Positions 25,906-38,160 of a DNA stretch of 64,000 nucleotides are shown piece by piece. The notes beneath the pieces were generated by a model. That model did no database searches. It was not told the DNA's origin and worked only from the letters and a program-made list of their open reading frames with translations. A program made the translations under genes and the position numbers. This stretch comes from Octopus sinensis (lineage: Eukaryota), in NCBI RefSeq assembly GCF_006345805.1, contig NW_021833885.1, positions 1 to 64,000 of the forward strand. The letters run 5' to 3'. Position 1 is the stretch's first letter. Each line of letters begins with the position of its first letter.

Positions 25906-27449
25906 AGCAGGTATCACCAACAAAGCTTTAGATCCCTGCTGTAAGCTGTCGGAGAAGTATAAGAGTAGTGAATGTTCCATTAAATTACAGTAATATTTTC
26001 AAATCCTCCTGCTTATATAATTTGGAGATAAGAGTGAAGGCACAAACCCATTTTAGATACGTTACGTAGGGACAAAATAACCACTAATAATGCTCCTAAA
26101 GGCGAATCTGGTATTGAATTCAACATCAATAGAGCAGCTTCCACCGAAAGTGCATAATTCCACATTTTGCATTTTAGAACTTTCGATGCAGCGACATTCT
26201 AATATATTTTGCAACATTAAAAAAAATTGTCTTTCAACACACACACAACGATAAATTTCTTTTAGGCATTGAAGAAGTGAAATAAACTGATGCTTAGCTG
26301 CTGTTGCTCGATGTTAAAGATAGGAGAGTTAAATTAAATTCTCCTTCGTAGAAGACACAAGATACTATTTTATCCCTCTCTCTTCCATTCTGTTGGGAAC
26401 AATAAAATTCACATACAATGAAGTTTTTTTGCCTATACTGGATTTGAACTCAAAACCTATCAGTTTATAGTACGATGCCTTACTCAATCAGCTTTTAAGT
26501 CTTTATTCGAAACTTGTTTATTAGCAAATCTAAAATTCGAATATTTGTTGTTTATTTAGAATAACTGTCTATCTATTTATAAATTTTGTATTCATGCCAA
26601 TAGTTTCCAGGGTGAAACTCTTCAAAGCCGAAATTCATATTTCCATCCAACAATCTGACAGATGATGGTATTAATTTGATATTTTAATCTACTTTAGCTA
26701 TCTTTCTGGAAAGCTTTTATTAATCTATTAGTGTTTATCAACTGAACGTTTTGCGGACTTCTAATAAATAATTTTGCAGATAGTAAATTGAGAGAAAAAA
26801 AATTGAATGTTAACTTGATAGCATACCGAACAAACAACTAACTTTCTAGGACTCTGGAGAACTGACAAGGGAAACATCTATGCAATCACTCGATCTGTTA
26901 AAAATAACGGCCAAATTTCCCTCAAACTAATCCCTTATCATACTAAAAAAAAGGTAGGGATAAGATACATTAGATGAATTAATCTCTGACGCTCATAGTC
27001 ATAGATTTGTTCAATTAGGTTTGACTCAGGTAGAAAAAGCAACAATAACAACAAGACTGACTACCCGTCGTTCGAATAATTTCATTGGTTTTATGTTGTG
27101 TTGCTGGCCAATATATCTGTCTCATACGCTCTTACCTATTCCCTTTCTTTCTCTGTGTGTGTCTCCCCAAAGATATGTGGGGGGGGGCTTACTTCCACCC
27201 ACCCAACAATTCGATGAGTCTCTGGACTTACGAGAAAAAATATATATTCCTAGCTCCATATGCTACTTAATTCTCAAATGGTACAATAGAACTATAAACA
27301 ATACATAACCGCAAGCAGCCACAGCATCGAGACAGTGTTGAATGTTTCTGTAGGCTGCCGCTCTGAGCATAGTTATTCTTCCTTTGGTAATATAGCATCA
27401 TCGGGAATAACAGACTTCGCTACGTTAATTTGAGTTGGATTCTCTATAC

Positions 27450-27668
27450 CAGTGGTTTTCAACCAGGGTTCCGCAGAACCTTAGGATTCCGCCAATACAG
27501 TCCAGGGGTTCCGCAAGAAGTTACAAAACTGCTAAAATCGGCAGTAATTTTTAATTCTCCTGTGCAGATATGTGTGCATAAGACTATTAAATCATTGCAC
27601 AAGGGTTCCTCGAGCCAGTAGAATGTTTCCTTGGGGTTCCGCTCCAGCAAAATGTTTGAAAAGCACTT
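27450..27668. mobile_element. hAT (Charlie-like) MITE
   Basis: Imperfect TIRs CAGTGGTTTTCAAC / TTTGAAAAGCACTT, and a perfect 8-bp TSD CTCTATAC at 27442-27449 and 27669-27676. Confidence 0.88.
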
Positions 27669-27801
27669 CTCTATACGAAGACAGATTTCAGATGAACTAA
27701 GGCACTCTGTACAGTCACGTTACCTGCTAAATATAGTAGACAAATATCTTTTTTCAAATTATACCTCAACTTCTTAATAGATGGGATTTTTTTTCTTTTG
27801 G

Positions 27802-28182
27802 AAGCACTCCGTCGGTTACGACGACGAGGGTTCCGGTTGATCCGAATCAACGGAACAGCCTGCTCGTGAAATTAACGTGTAAGTAGCTGAGCACTCCACA
27901 GACACGTGTACCCTTAACGTAGTTCTCGGGGATATTCAGCGTGACACAGAGAGTGACAAGGCCGGCCCTTTGAAATACAGGTACAACAGAAACAGGAAGT
28001 AAGAGTGAGAGAAAGTTGTGGTGAAAGAGTACAGCAGGGATCACCACCATCCCCTGCCGGAGCCTCGTGGAGCTTTAGGTGTTTTCGCTCAATAAACACT
28101 CACAACGCCCGGTCTGGGAATCGAAACCACGATCCTATGACCGCGTGTCCGCTGCCCTAACCACTGGGCCATTGCGCCTCCA
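27802..28182 (-). mobile_element. SINE family C, full length
   Basis: 11-bp TSD TCTTAATAGAT at 27772-27782 and 28185-28195. Confidence 0.92.
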
Positions 28183-28375
28183 CGTCTTAATAGATAACGA
28201 CACATTGAACAATATAGTTCCGGATAAACGAAAAGACAAGATGGTCGCAGCAGAAACACCTTTGATAGGCGATCTGTTCAGTCATGGCTAATTTGTGATT
28301 GAACAACAACTATGATATGAAAATAATGAAATAGAAAACTTCCATGTTACTTTCACAAAAATATTTATTCCTAGC

Positions 28376-28690
28376 CTACTTCAACGAACAAGAAGTCACC
28401 ACAAAGTTAGAATGAAATGATTCTGTTGCTTTGGATTTAAGTATAACTCTTTCATTTGTCATTACATTAGATCTAGCTGTATCAGTTGCCTTCAAGTTAA
28501 TTATAGTCGTTTTAATTACCGTCACTGCTGTTTTAGCTCCTTTCAAGAAACTTATAACTGTTTCAGTTACCATGAAGATATTTGTAACTGATTTGGTTGC
28601 AATGAAATTAATTATAACTGTTTTAGATAGCATAAAATTATCTATAACTGTTTTAGTTGTCTTGGAGTTAATTATAAGTAGAGATAGATT
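28376..28690 (-). repeat. Degenerate 30-bp tandem repeat with an open frame encoding 10-aa Thr-rich repeats (possible exon)
   Basis: Unit motif ATAACTGTTTTAG recurs at 28413, 28443, 28473, 28503, 28524, 28554, 28584, 28614, 28644 and 28674. Confidence 0.75.
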
Positions 28691-28909
28691 TAATTATTAC
28701 AATGGTGTATTTATTAGGCGCCCAGATGGAAAAAAAAAGAACAAAGAAAATGAAAATTCCTTTATTGTGTCCAAGATGGTCCAAGAGGATTAGCAATTTT
28801 AATCTTGTCACTAGTAGTGCTCGAAACTCTTCTTCCTGCTACAGTACTGTTTGTTAAAAAATAGGCATCATGATGATTCCATATATGTAAGCTGCATATG
28901 GAACAATAG

Positions 28910-29263
28910 TGGAGGCGCAATGGCCCAGTGGTTAGGGCAGCGGACTCGCGGTCATAGGATCGTGGTTTCGATTCCCAGACCGGGCGTTGTGAGTGTTTAT
29001 TGAGCGAAAACACCTAAAAGCTCCAGGAGGCTCCGGCAGGGATGGTGGTGATCCCTGCTGTACACTTTCACCACAACTTACTCTTACTTCCTGTTTCTGT
29101 TGTACCTGTATTTCAAAGGGCCGGCCTTGTCACTCTCTGTGTCACGCTGAATATCCCCGTGTCTGTGGAGTGCTCAGCCACTTACACGTTAATTTCACGA
29201 GCAGGCTGTTCCGTTGATCGGATCAACCGGAACCCTCGTCGTCGTAACCGACGGAATGCTTCC
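28910..29263 (+). mobile_element. SINE family C with small internal deletions
   Basis: Head TGGAGGCGCAATGGCCCAG at 28910. 18-bp direct repeat TTCCATATATGTAAGCTG at 28877-28894 and 29277-29294. Confidence 0.9.
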
Positions 29264-29989
29264 ATGGAACAATGGGTTCCATATATGTAAGCTGGGTAGA
29301 TAGTGTGTTTCACTTAGTAGAAGTGCTGAGCTTTCAATTTGTTTATTTCATTAGACCGGATAAAGAACAGCAGGACTTCCCTTTCCAATGTATCTTCTTT
29401 TAATCGTTACAAAGAAGCGAAGCCAGCTTTCAATGGTATTTCAACAATCCCCATAGGGTACTAATAAAACAAAGGAAATTCAAGTTCACTTGTAAACTAT
29501 ATCCCGTCTTAATCAAAATATCAACTGAAGGCTTATCTCTTATTCTTTTATTCTTGAAATATTTTTGGCACTTGACTTGACAGGTGACAGTATAACTCAC
29601 ATTATAAGTGAAGGAAAATTAATTCCGCAAGACATCATTCACCAAAAGAAGTAACGAATTCCATAGAGGAAAATGTTTACGTCTTTAAAATATAACATTG
29701 CTGTGGAATAATTACGCAATTAAGATGCCAAGTTGAAAGTAGAGCACGCCTTAATAACTGGATGATTATTATTTCGGAACACTTTCATGCGTTTTCTGAA
29801 GCTTTCTAACGCAACTATGTCTTCTCCAATTGTATTGCAGTCTACTTATAGACAACCGGTAATTATTCATAATATTGATTGCATCTAAAAAGAAGATGCT
29901 TCTCTATCATTCGCCTTTGGTGAATGTAGCTTTAACCAGACGGAATTTATGACATTAGCTGGTACCCAAAAGCCATTGGGTGTTAAGAC

Positions 29990-30600
29990 CCTGAACCGTA
30001 AAACCAAATGGCTTTTGAAGGCTCGGTAGTGGTGGCCCAATCACTGCTCATTCCCTTTTGGCTTCCAGCTTAGCTCCTGCCTTTTGTTCCATATCTGGTA
30101 TGAGGAACTTTCTACTGTCTTTCCCACCCATTGCACAGCTACCTTTCTCTATTTTCCTCTCATTTCAATGGTTTATAAGCATTCTTCATACTGACTGGAG
30201 AAGGAACCCTCAACAGCCAACCATTACTAGGGATAGCAACGACTACCTATTTCTTTACTACCCACAAGGGGCTAAACACAGAGAGGACAAACAAGGACAG
30301 ACACACGGATTAAGTCGAGTATATCGACCCCAGTGCGTAACTGGTACTTATTTAATCGACCCCGAAAGGATGAAAGGCAAAGTCAACCTCGGCGGAATTT
30401 GAACTCAGAACGTAACGGCAGACGAAATGCGGCTACGTATTTCGCCCGGCGTGCTAACGTTTCTGCCAGCTCGCCGCCTTACGACTACCGTTTCTTCTCC
30501 CTGCAATCCTGCAAAAGGTTCTGGTATTCGGCGTGCTTCCACACAAAGGCTTGAAGGCACCTTTCTTTCCGCGAGACTGTAAGTGCAATCAGGATTGCCT
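29990..30600 (-). mobile_element. HERO/R2-like non-LTR retrotransposon 3' remnant (restriction-like endonuclease region)
   Basis: Minus translation LIALTVSRKERCLQAFVWKHAEYQNLLQDCREK...VMVGC*GF resembles the recalled ELTVPWEE...KYxxL...VEVGCRGF motif. Interrupted by a B SINE. Confidence 0.6.
30248..30480 (-). mobile_element. SINE family B monomer
   Basis: 9-bp TSD ACGACTACC at 30239-30247 and 30481-30489. Confidence 0.9.
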
Positions 30601-31340
30601 TTTTTGTTCTTTTAGAAACCATAAACTACGTCTGATAGTATTACAATTCAATGTAATAGTTTACCAAGTTCAACAATGTTCAATTTGATCGATATTAATA
30701 AACAATTCGTATCGTTGATTAGATGTCTTTATAACGAACCAATCATTACTTCGCTGTATTTCCGACAAGAACAAGTGAGTATCTGTAATTCGATGCAGAC
30801 AGAAATATCTCAAGGGATTCCAATTATAAAGCAGTAGCTTTGGCGTTTTCTCTCCGATGATTATAGCTTTTGTCGATAAAAATCAGCGAAGGCAACATAA
30901 GCAAAAACACACTTAAATACACACACAAACACACAAACTCAAATATGAATAAGAAGCAGTGCTAGTGTTCTAAACATTATCGAATATACATACTCAGTAT
31001 ACTCGCTTTGCTTGTTCGCTGGTAGGTTGCAAAATGATGCGGTGGAAATGACTCTCTCAAAACGCCGGGTGTTAAAAGACCTGAAAATCATGTACAGGCG
31101 AGACAACTCACCCCAAATCTCACCGAAGTGCGATGGTCAGCGATGTTTGGCCAATTTTGTGGCTTATCAACACCACGTACCTGAACCGAACCGGAAGCGA
31201 ACTGAATAGTCTGTCCATGACTATAGGCAAGATAGTGTGTATGCATACGTAGGAATAAATTCAAAGAGAATTTAGATATGCGCGTGCGCATGTGTATAAT
31301 TCTATGTATGTATTCTTTTATTGTTTTATTTATTCCAGGC

Positions 31341-31769
31341 ATTTGACTTTGGCCATGCTGGAGTTTTGCATTGAGGGGGTTTTAGTCGAAAAAACGACCG
31401 CAGGACTTATTCGTTAAGTCTAGTACTTTTTCTATTAGTCTCTTTGCCGAACTGCTCAGTTACGGGGACGTAAGCACACCAACATGTTTGTCAAGCGGTG
31501 ATGGGAGACAAACACAGACACAAAGAATCAACCACGTACATACATACATACATACATACATACATACATACATACATACATACATACATACACACACATA
31601 TGCATACGACAGACTTCTTTCAGTTTCCATCAACCAAATCCGCTCACAAGGCTTTGGTCGGCCTGAGGCTATAGTAGAAGACACTTGCCCAAAGAACCAG
31701 GCAGTGGGACTGAATCCCGATACATGAGGTTGGGAAGCAAGCTTCTTACCACACAGCCACACCTGTGCC
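31341..31769 (-). mobile_element. SINE family A, diverged
   Basis: Matches the family A consensus, with an internal (CATA)n tract. Confidence 0.85.
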
Positions 31770-31835
31770 TTGTATGCATGCATGCATGCATGCATGTATG
31801 TATGTATGTATGTATGTATGTATGTATGTATGTAT

Positions 31836-31979
31836 ATAATATAGCATGAACAGGATAAACTACCCCTATTTTGCAGAAAAATGTTTTGGCGGCCAGCCAT
31901 GAGACTTGAACTCACACGGCTGTCCGCCAAATTTTTTTCTGCAAAACAGAGGTAGCTTATCCTGTTCATGCTATATTAT
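31836..31979. mobile_element. 144-bp fold-back / MITE-like element
   Basis: ~63-bp imperfect inverted arms beginning ATAATATAGCATGAACAGGATAA around a 19-nt centre. Confidence 0.8.
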
Positions 31980-32079
31980 TAGCATTATCCTGTGTTTGAG
32001 AATAAAAAAAATTACTTAACTTTCTAAGACATCTCAACGCTTCTAAAGCAAACTTTACTTTCATCATAATTTGAATTTA

Positions 32080-32425
32080 TGTATGTATGTATGTATGTAT
32101 GTATGTATGTATGTATGTATGTATGTGTGTATGTATGTATGTATGTATGTGTGTATGTATGTATGTATGTGTGTATGTATACATGCATGTATGTATGTAT
32201 GTATGTATGTATGTATGTATGTATGTATGTATGTATTATGTGTGTATGTATGTATGTATGTATGTGTGTATGTATGTATGTGTGTATGTATGTATGTATG
32301 TGTGTATGTATGTATGTATGTGTGTATGTATGTATGCATGTATGTATGTATGTATGTGTGTATGTATGTGTGTATGTATGTATGTATGTATGTATGTGTG
32401 TATGTATGTATGTATGTATGTATGT
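32080..32425. repeat. (TATG)n microsatellite
   Basis: Directly visible. Confidence 0.95.
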
Positions 32426-32630
32426 AAAGGGAAAGTTTACGAAAATAAACAAAAGACGAAGGCAGGTGGAGTACAAACAAACAAACGTATTAGTATAACG
32501 CTCAGGAATAGAAAAAGTCTTTTACGTTTCGAGCCTACGCTCTTCGACAGAAAGATACACAGGAAAAAAAAACAAGGAGAGAAACAAGGAGAGACAAAAA
32601 AATGCGTGTAGGAGCTAACGATCTATCATG
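32425..32630 (-). mobile_element. Short repeat family J (probable Penelope-like terminal derivative) with hammerhead-like motif at 32518-32555
   Basis: Homologous to 38955-39115 and 61790-61985. Minus strand reads UCUUU-CUGUCGA-A-GAGC-GUAG-GCUC-GAAA-CG-UA-AAAGA. Confidence 0.7.
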
Positions 32631-32636
32631 GCGTCC

Positions 32637-32667
<31 letters not shown>

Positions 32668-33187
32668 TGTATGTATGTATGTATGTATGTGTCTGTCTCT
32701 TGTGTTTGTACCTCATCACTTACAACCAGTTGATTCTTTGTTCACGTTTCTGTAAACTAGCGCTTTGTCAAAAGTCATCGCTAATAGAACAAGCACCTGA
32801 CTTAAGAACTATGTACTGATGTCGTTTCGTACAATTACAACCTATCAAACAGTGCCCCAGCATGGTTACAGACCAGTGTCTGAAACAAGTAAAAGATGAA
32901 AGATAAAATATAGGAAACTTGCAAAATTCCTGTTTATTCCAAACAACATTAGCAGTTTAAATGACGTGAATTTGCATAAATGAACGACCAAAACCAGGAT
33001 GCGATCTCAGTTTGCCAGCAGCTGACCTTTGGGTCTACAGTATTCACCACAATGAAAGCAAGTGACTCGGTGAAAATTGCTAATTCGAACAAATCCATCA
33101 TAGTCTTTTTCAGAGTCTCTTTTTCTTTCTTTTTTTTTCTGGTGGTGGTGGTGGGGTGGCATCTTTTCCGAGGGACTGAAAGTAAAA

Positions 33188-33192
33188 ATATG

Positions 33193-33224
<32 letters not shown>

Positions 33225-33545
33225 TAATGATAATAATAATGATGATGATGATGATGATGATGTTGATGATGATGATGATGATAATAATAATAATAATAAT
33301 AATAGTAGTAATAATAATAATAATAATAATAATAGTAATAATTATAATAGTAATAGTAATAATAATAGTAATAATAATAATAATAATAATAATATAATAA
33401 TATAATAATGATAATAATAATGATGATGATGATGATGATGATGTTGATGATGATGATGATGATAATAATAATAATAATAATAATAGTAGTAATAATAATA
33501 ATAATAATAATAATAGTAATAATTATAATAGTAATAGTAATAATA

Positions 33546-33600
<55 letters not shown>
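33188..33600. repeat. Compound (AAT)/(GAT)/(AGT) repeat duplicated with ~181-bp period
   Basis: The same order of interruptions (GTT, AGTAGT, AATTAT) occurs twice, offset by 181 bp. Confidence 0.85.
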
Positions 33601-34033
33601 TGAAGAGCTGATCCTTCCGAGGGCTTCATAATGTGCAAGTACTGATTAATGTTTTTAATAAATGGTTCCACTGTGGAAATTAGATGTGAGATTGCAAAAT
33701 TTAATTTCCGTTTTTTTCTTTGTTTTCTTTCTTTCTTTTCTTTTTTGTTGAAAGAGTTTGCTTGGAGAGAGAGCCCGAGAGAGCGTGAGAGAGGTGGGAG
33801 AAGGAGAGAGAGATAGAGAAAGAGAGACAAAGACAGATAGACAGAGGCAGAGACGGCGGTGGGGCAGAAAGACGGAACACAGAATCGAGAGATTGAAAAG
33901 TGGGGAAGAAAAATATACAATGGAAGAAAGGAAGAAAGATCCAAACCAAAGCACCGTTGGATGGAGACGGAATGAGAAAAAAGGAAGACGGTAGCTGAGA
34001 AAGAGAAAGAGAGGCGATAAGAAATATAGTCAA

Positions 34034-34406
34034 CTAGCAGTATTGCCCGGCGTTGCTCGGGTTTGTAAGGGAAATAACTATATAAGCATTTTTAGAGAGT
34101 TATAGCCAAAAAATAGCAAAAAAATGCATTGAAAATGGAAAAAAAATTATGGTAAATTTTTTTTTAAATCGTTGACTCATCGTAGACATTTTTAGAGAGT
34201 TACTTCCCTTAAATAATAGCGAAAAAATGCATTAAAATGGAAAAAAATGATGGTAATTTTTTTTTTTGATCGTAGACTCATCATAGACGCATGCTAATAC
34301 CCACAAGGGCTCGATATGAATCACGACTATAAGATACCCGCTTTTGGTTAAACTGCACCGCAAAATGTGGGAGACAGACACACAACCTCTCTTTTATATA
34401 TAAAGA
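34034..34406 (-). mobile_element. Non-autonomous Helitron (same family as 1131-1526)
   Basis: A^TC start, CTAG^T end and CCCG-AGCAACGC-CGGG hairpin on the minus strand. Confidence 0.88.
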
Positions 34407-34723
34407 TGAAGGAGAGTGAAAGTGTGTATTTGTGAGAGAGGGGTATGTGAAAGAGAGAAGAAATGAGAAAAGAGAGACCAAGAGGAAGGGAAATAAGTGT
34501 TTATAAAAGTAGGAGTGAATAAAAGAGAAACAGAGACATTTAAGGTTAGAAACTGGGAGACTGAGACACGCTGCAGACGAAGGGAGAAAAAGCGATAGAA
34601 ATTACCCTGGGTTACAAATTTTCACAAAAGTTTTGGGTGTCTTATTGTATTGAGTAATCTTAATGCAGAATTTTGTGCTGATTCCCAAAATGTGTTTCTT
34701 TTTTTCTCTATCATCGACCGTTT

Positions 34724-34892
34724 GCGAGGAGTGGCTGTGTGGTAAGTAGCTTGCTAACCAGCCACATGGTTCCGGGTTCAGTCCCACTGCGTGGCATCTT
34801 GGGCAAGTGTCTTCTACTATAGCCCCGGGCCGACCAATGCCTTGTGAGTGGATTTGGTAGACGGAAACTGAAAGAAGCCTGTCGTATATATG

Positions 34893-34933
<41 letters not shown>

Positions 34934-35145
34934 TTGTGTCTGTGTTTGTCCCCTTAGCATTGCTTGATAACCGATGCTGGTGTGTTTACGTCCACGTCAC
35001 TTAGCGGTTCGGCAAAGGAGACCGATAGAATAAGTACTGGGCTTACAAAGAATATGTCCCGGGGTCGATTTGCTCGACAAAAGGCGGTGCTCCAGCATGG
35101 CCGCAGTCAAATGACTGAAATAAGTAAAAGAGAGAGTAAAAAGAG
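34724..35145 (+). mobile_element. SINE family A, full length
   Basis: Matches the family A consensus. Confidence 0.92.
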
Positions 35146-35329
35146 TATATATCGAATTATGCTAAAATACACATATCATCATACATCACACATACATCAT
35201 ACATCATATGCCTCAGTGCTCTCGTAGCTACCATAGCTAGTGAAAGGACGTGTTGCGCTTTTGTCTCTCATCCCTCCATCTTTTCTCCGGCGTTCCATTT
35301 GGTTTTGGGACTATACCTGTTTGATCACG

Positions 35330-36480
35330 AGCACTGTACGTTTGTCACTTAAATCTCTTTCTTTTTCAGGTTTTTACTGTAAACATTGAATTTTCCTGAT
35401 CATGGCTACAAAAGGATGCAGAAATTCACCAGATATATTCTGTTATGTGTGTGGATACTATGTTGGAAGAAAGCACGTGGCATATAAAATTGTTAAAGGT
35501 GCTAAGTACTAGATTGCTTATAGACTGTATTTTGGAGTGAGTATGGGTGACCAAGGAAAACCATGGGCCCCTCATACGATATGTGGAACGTGTAGATCAA
35601 ATTTAGATGGATGGCTTAGAGAATGAAATGCCTTTTGCTGTTCCGAGAGTTTGGCAAGAGCTAAAAAAGTATCACGATGATTGATATATCAAAATACAGA
35701 AGATTTAAAGGAAGGAAAGCCCTTACGTATCCCAGTATTCGACACTCCACTGCACCTGTGCTACATGATGATAACTTACCGGTTCCATGGCCACCAGAAA
35801 ATGTTAGCATATTCAATCAAAATTTAATTTGCATTCGTGGTAACAAAATTAATATTGAAATAATATGTGATTACACAAAAAATTCTTATTAAGGTTTCAA
35901 CTATTATATGCAACCTTTTAAATTTTACAGGTAGAGGATATGATGGAGGTTTCAGCAGAAGAGTCTGAAGGTGGCGACAACGAAGAAATGGATTAAGCAC
36001 TTGAGCCAGGAACGAACACCTGCCCACACTTTCCAACTCAATGTGAACTGGATGATCGCATTAGCTTTTAGCATCTAGGATGAATGAATGGAATCCTTTG
36101 GAGAAGGACTTCAGATTAACAGCATACAGGAGGCGCCATGAGGAATTCGAAGTATATTTAGACATAAGTGAGGATCTCTACTTCTGCAAAGATATAAATG
36201 GCTTTACAGCTATTGGAATTGATCACAACCCTTGAAGAATGGAGACTTTTCATAGCTCAAGAAAAAGCCTCAAATCTGTTTTATTACACAATGGAAATCA
36301 GCATCCATCCCTGCCTATTGCATACTCGATACAGATGAAGGAAGAATACGACAATGAAAAAGAGCCTCTTGAGAAAGTAAATTGCGACAAGTTTAAATGG
36401 GATGTTTGTGGTGACTTTAAAATGCTTGCGTTCTTATTTGGATTACAGAGTGGGTACACTAAGTTGAATGAAGTACTATC
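35330..36480 (+). mobile_element. Chapaev3-like (CMC) DNA transposon remnant, N-terminal half of transposase, pseudogenised
   Basis: ATG at 35402 gives MATKGCRNSPDIFCYVCG...GDQGKPWAPHTICGTC. Later SSRKSLKSVLLHNGN and WDVCGDFKMLAFLFGLQSGYTK. Contains stops and frameshifts. Confidence 0.75.
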
Positions 36481-36753
36481 GCAGCTAAATTTTGCTCCCA
36501 TTCTCTAGAAAACCGCAATTATCTCCTTAGATATTGATGCTATGCAATTTTCAAGGGTAGTTTTGAAATCAAGAGAAAAAATTACTTTGGAAACAGTAAA
36601 AACATTTAGAAAAGCAAAACTTGTGTTACCCAATGTTATCATCAAAGTAAATGAAAATGTGAGAAATAAATCAAGAGAGAGAGAGAGGGGGGAGGGAGGA
36701 GAAGGAAGTTATGAAAAACATGGTGTATGTCAGAGAAAATGGAGGGAGAAAAC

Positions 36754-36784
<31 letters not shown>

Positions 36785-37619
36785 CTTCAGATGGCAAGAA
36801 AGATGGATTGAGAGAATGAAACGAAAAAAGGAATAGAGTAATTGAAAGAGAAACCTATGAGGTGAAAGAAAACACATCAAGATAAAGAGAAAGCATAAAG
36901 GAAGAGAAACAGTGACAAAGAGAAGTAACATAAAAAGAATGTGAGAGATTTTAGGAGAGGAAAAGAGAGAGGAAGAAGCAGTGGTAAAGAGAGGGCGAGA
37001 AAGAGAGAGAAAGAGAATAAATGAATGAAAGTAAGGAAACTGTGGTGAAAAACTAGATAGAAAAACTAGAGGAAAGAATGAGTAAGTGGCATGAGAAAGG
37101 AGAGAAAAAAAAAACCACCATGAAAAAGAAAATGGCATAATTAGGTTTATATGTATAACATAGGGAGGAAAGGGTTGGTCAGCACTTTCCCCACCCGCAG
37201 CCTTCTATGTATTAATCAATGCACTTGATGATGATGTCACGCTGAGAAATGCATGCTAAAGGACTTGTTGGCTTGTTGCATTCATCTTTTCATTGAAATG
37301 TAGTGTTGCATCTTTTGAACGGATGTTCGTAATCGAGTATACCCTCCACCACAATCCGCCAGTTTGCTCTCTCTCTCTCTCTCTCTCTCAGCTCTCTCGT
37401 TCTTCTCTCTCAGCTCTCCCCCTCTCTCTCTCTCTTAGATGCATCCACTCTTTCTCCCTTTATTTGTCTATCATTCTCTCATGCACTTGACTTAATTTAG
37501 AGGTCCTTAAACATTCCTTCAAGTGGCAGACTATAATAACGCGATGAACGCTACAGGTCTTCCATAGAATATTGTTGCTTTGTCGTTCATTTTCACTTGT
37601 TCTGTACTGCACCGCGCTC

Positions 37620-38067
37620 AGTGACAGACATAATACTTACACACACACACGCATACACACACACACACACACACACACCACACACACACACACACACACG
37701 AACGTATGCACTCACACACGAACGCACATGCATGCATGCATGAACGCACACACTCACACACGAACGCACGCACACACACATACACACACACGGGCATGCA
37801 CGCACTCACAACGAACGCACACACACAAAGACACATGAATATATATGCATGATATGTATATATACATATGTATATATATATATATATGTACATACATTAA
37901 TACATATATATATATATGATATATATATACATATATACATACATATATATATAATATATACATGCATATATATATATATATATATATTTGCATGTATACT
38001 TAGATATACACATAATATATGTGTATGTATATATGTAGTGTATATATATATGTGTAATATATATATA

Positions 38068-38115
<48 letters not shown>

Positions 38116-38160
38116 TATAATATATATACACACAAACACACACATATATAGTGAGTGAAA
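37620..38160. repeat. (CA)n and (TA)n compound microsatellites
   Basis: Directly visible. Confidence 0.9.

Noticed and set aside
28910-28985. tRNA-like sequences at SINE heads
   Set aside because: They lack complete cloverleafs and continue into SINE bodies with TSDs, so they are not called tRNA genes.
291-29290. Recurrent ORFs such as MVVIPAVLFHHNF and MRNWYLFNRPRKDERQ
   Set aside because: These are chance frames inside high-copy SINEs C and B, and they break differently in each copy.
31023-31209. Possible terminal exon (LQNDAVEMTLSKRRVLK...)
   Set aside because: The acceptor is weak and I recognise no homology, so it cannot be distinguished from a chance 60-codon frame.
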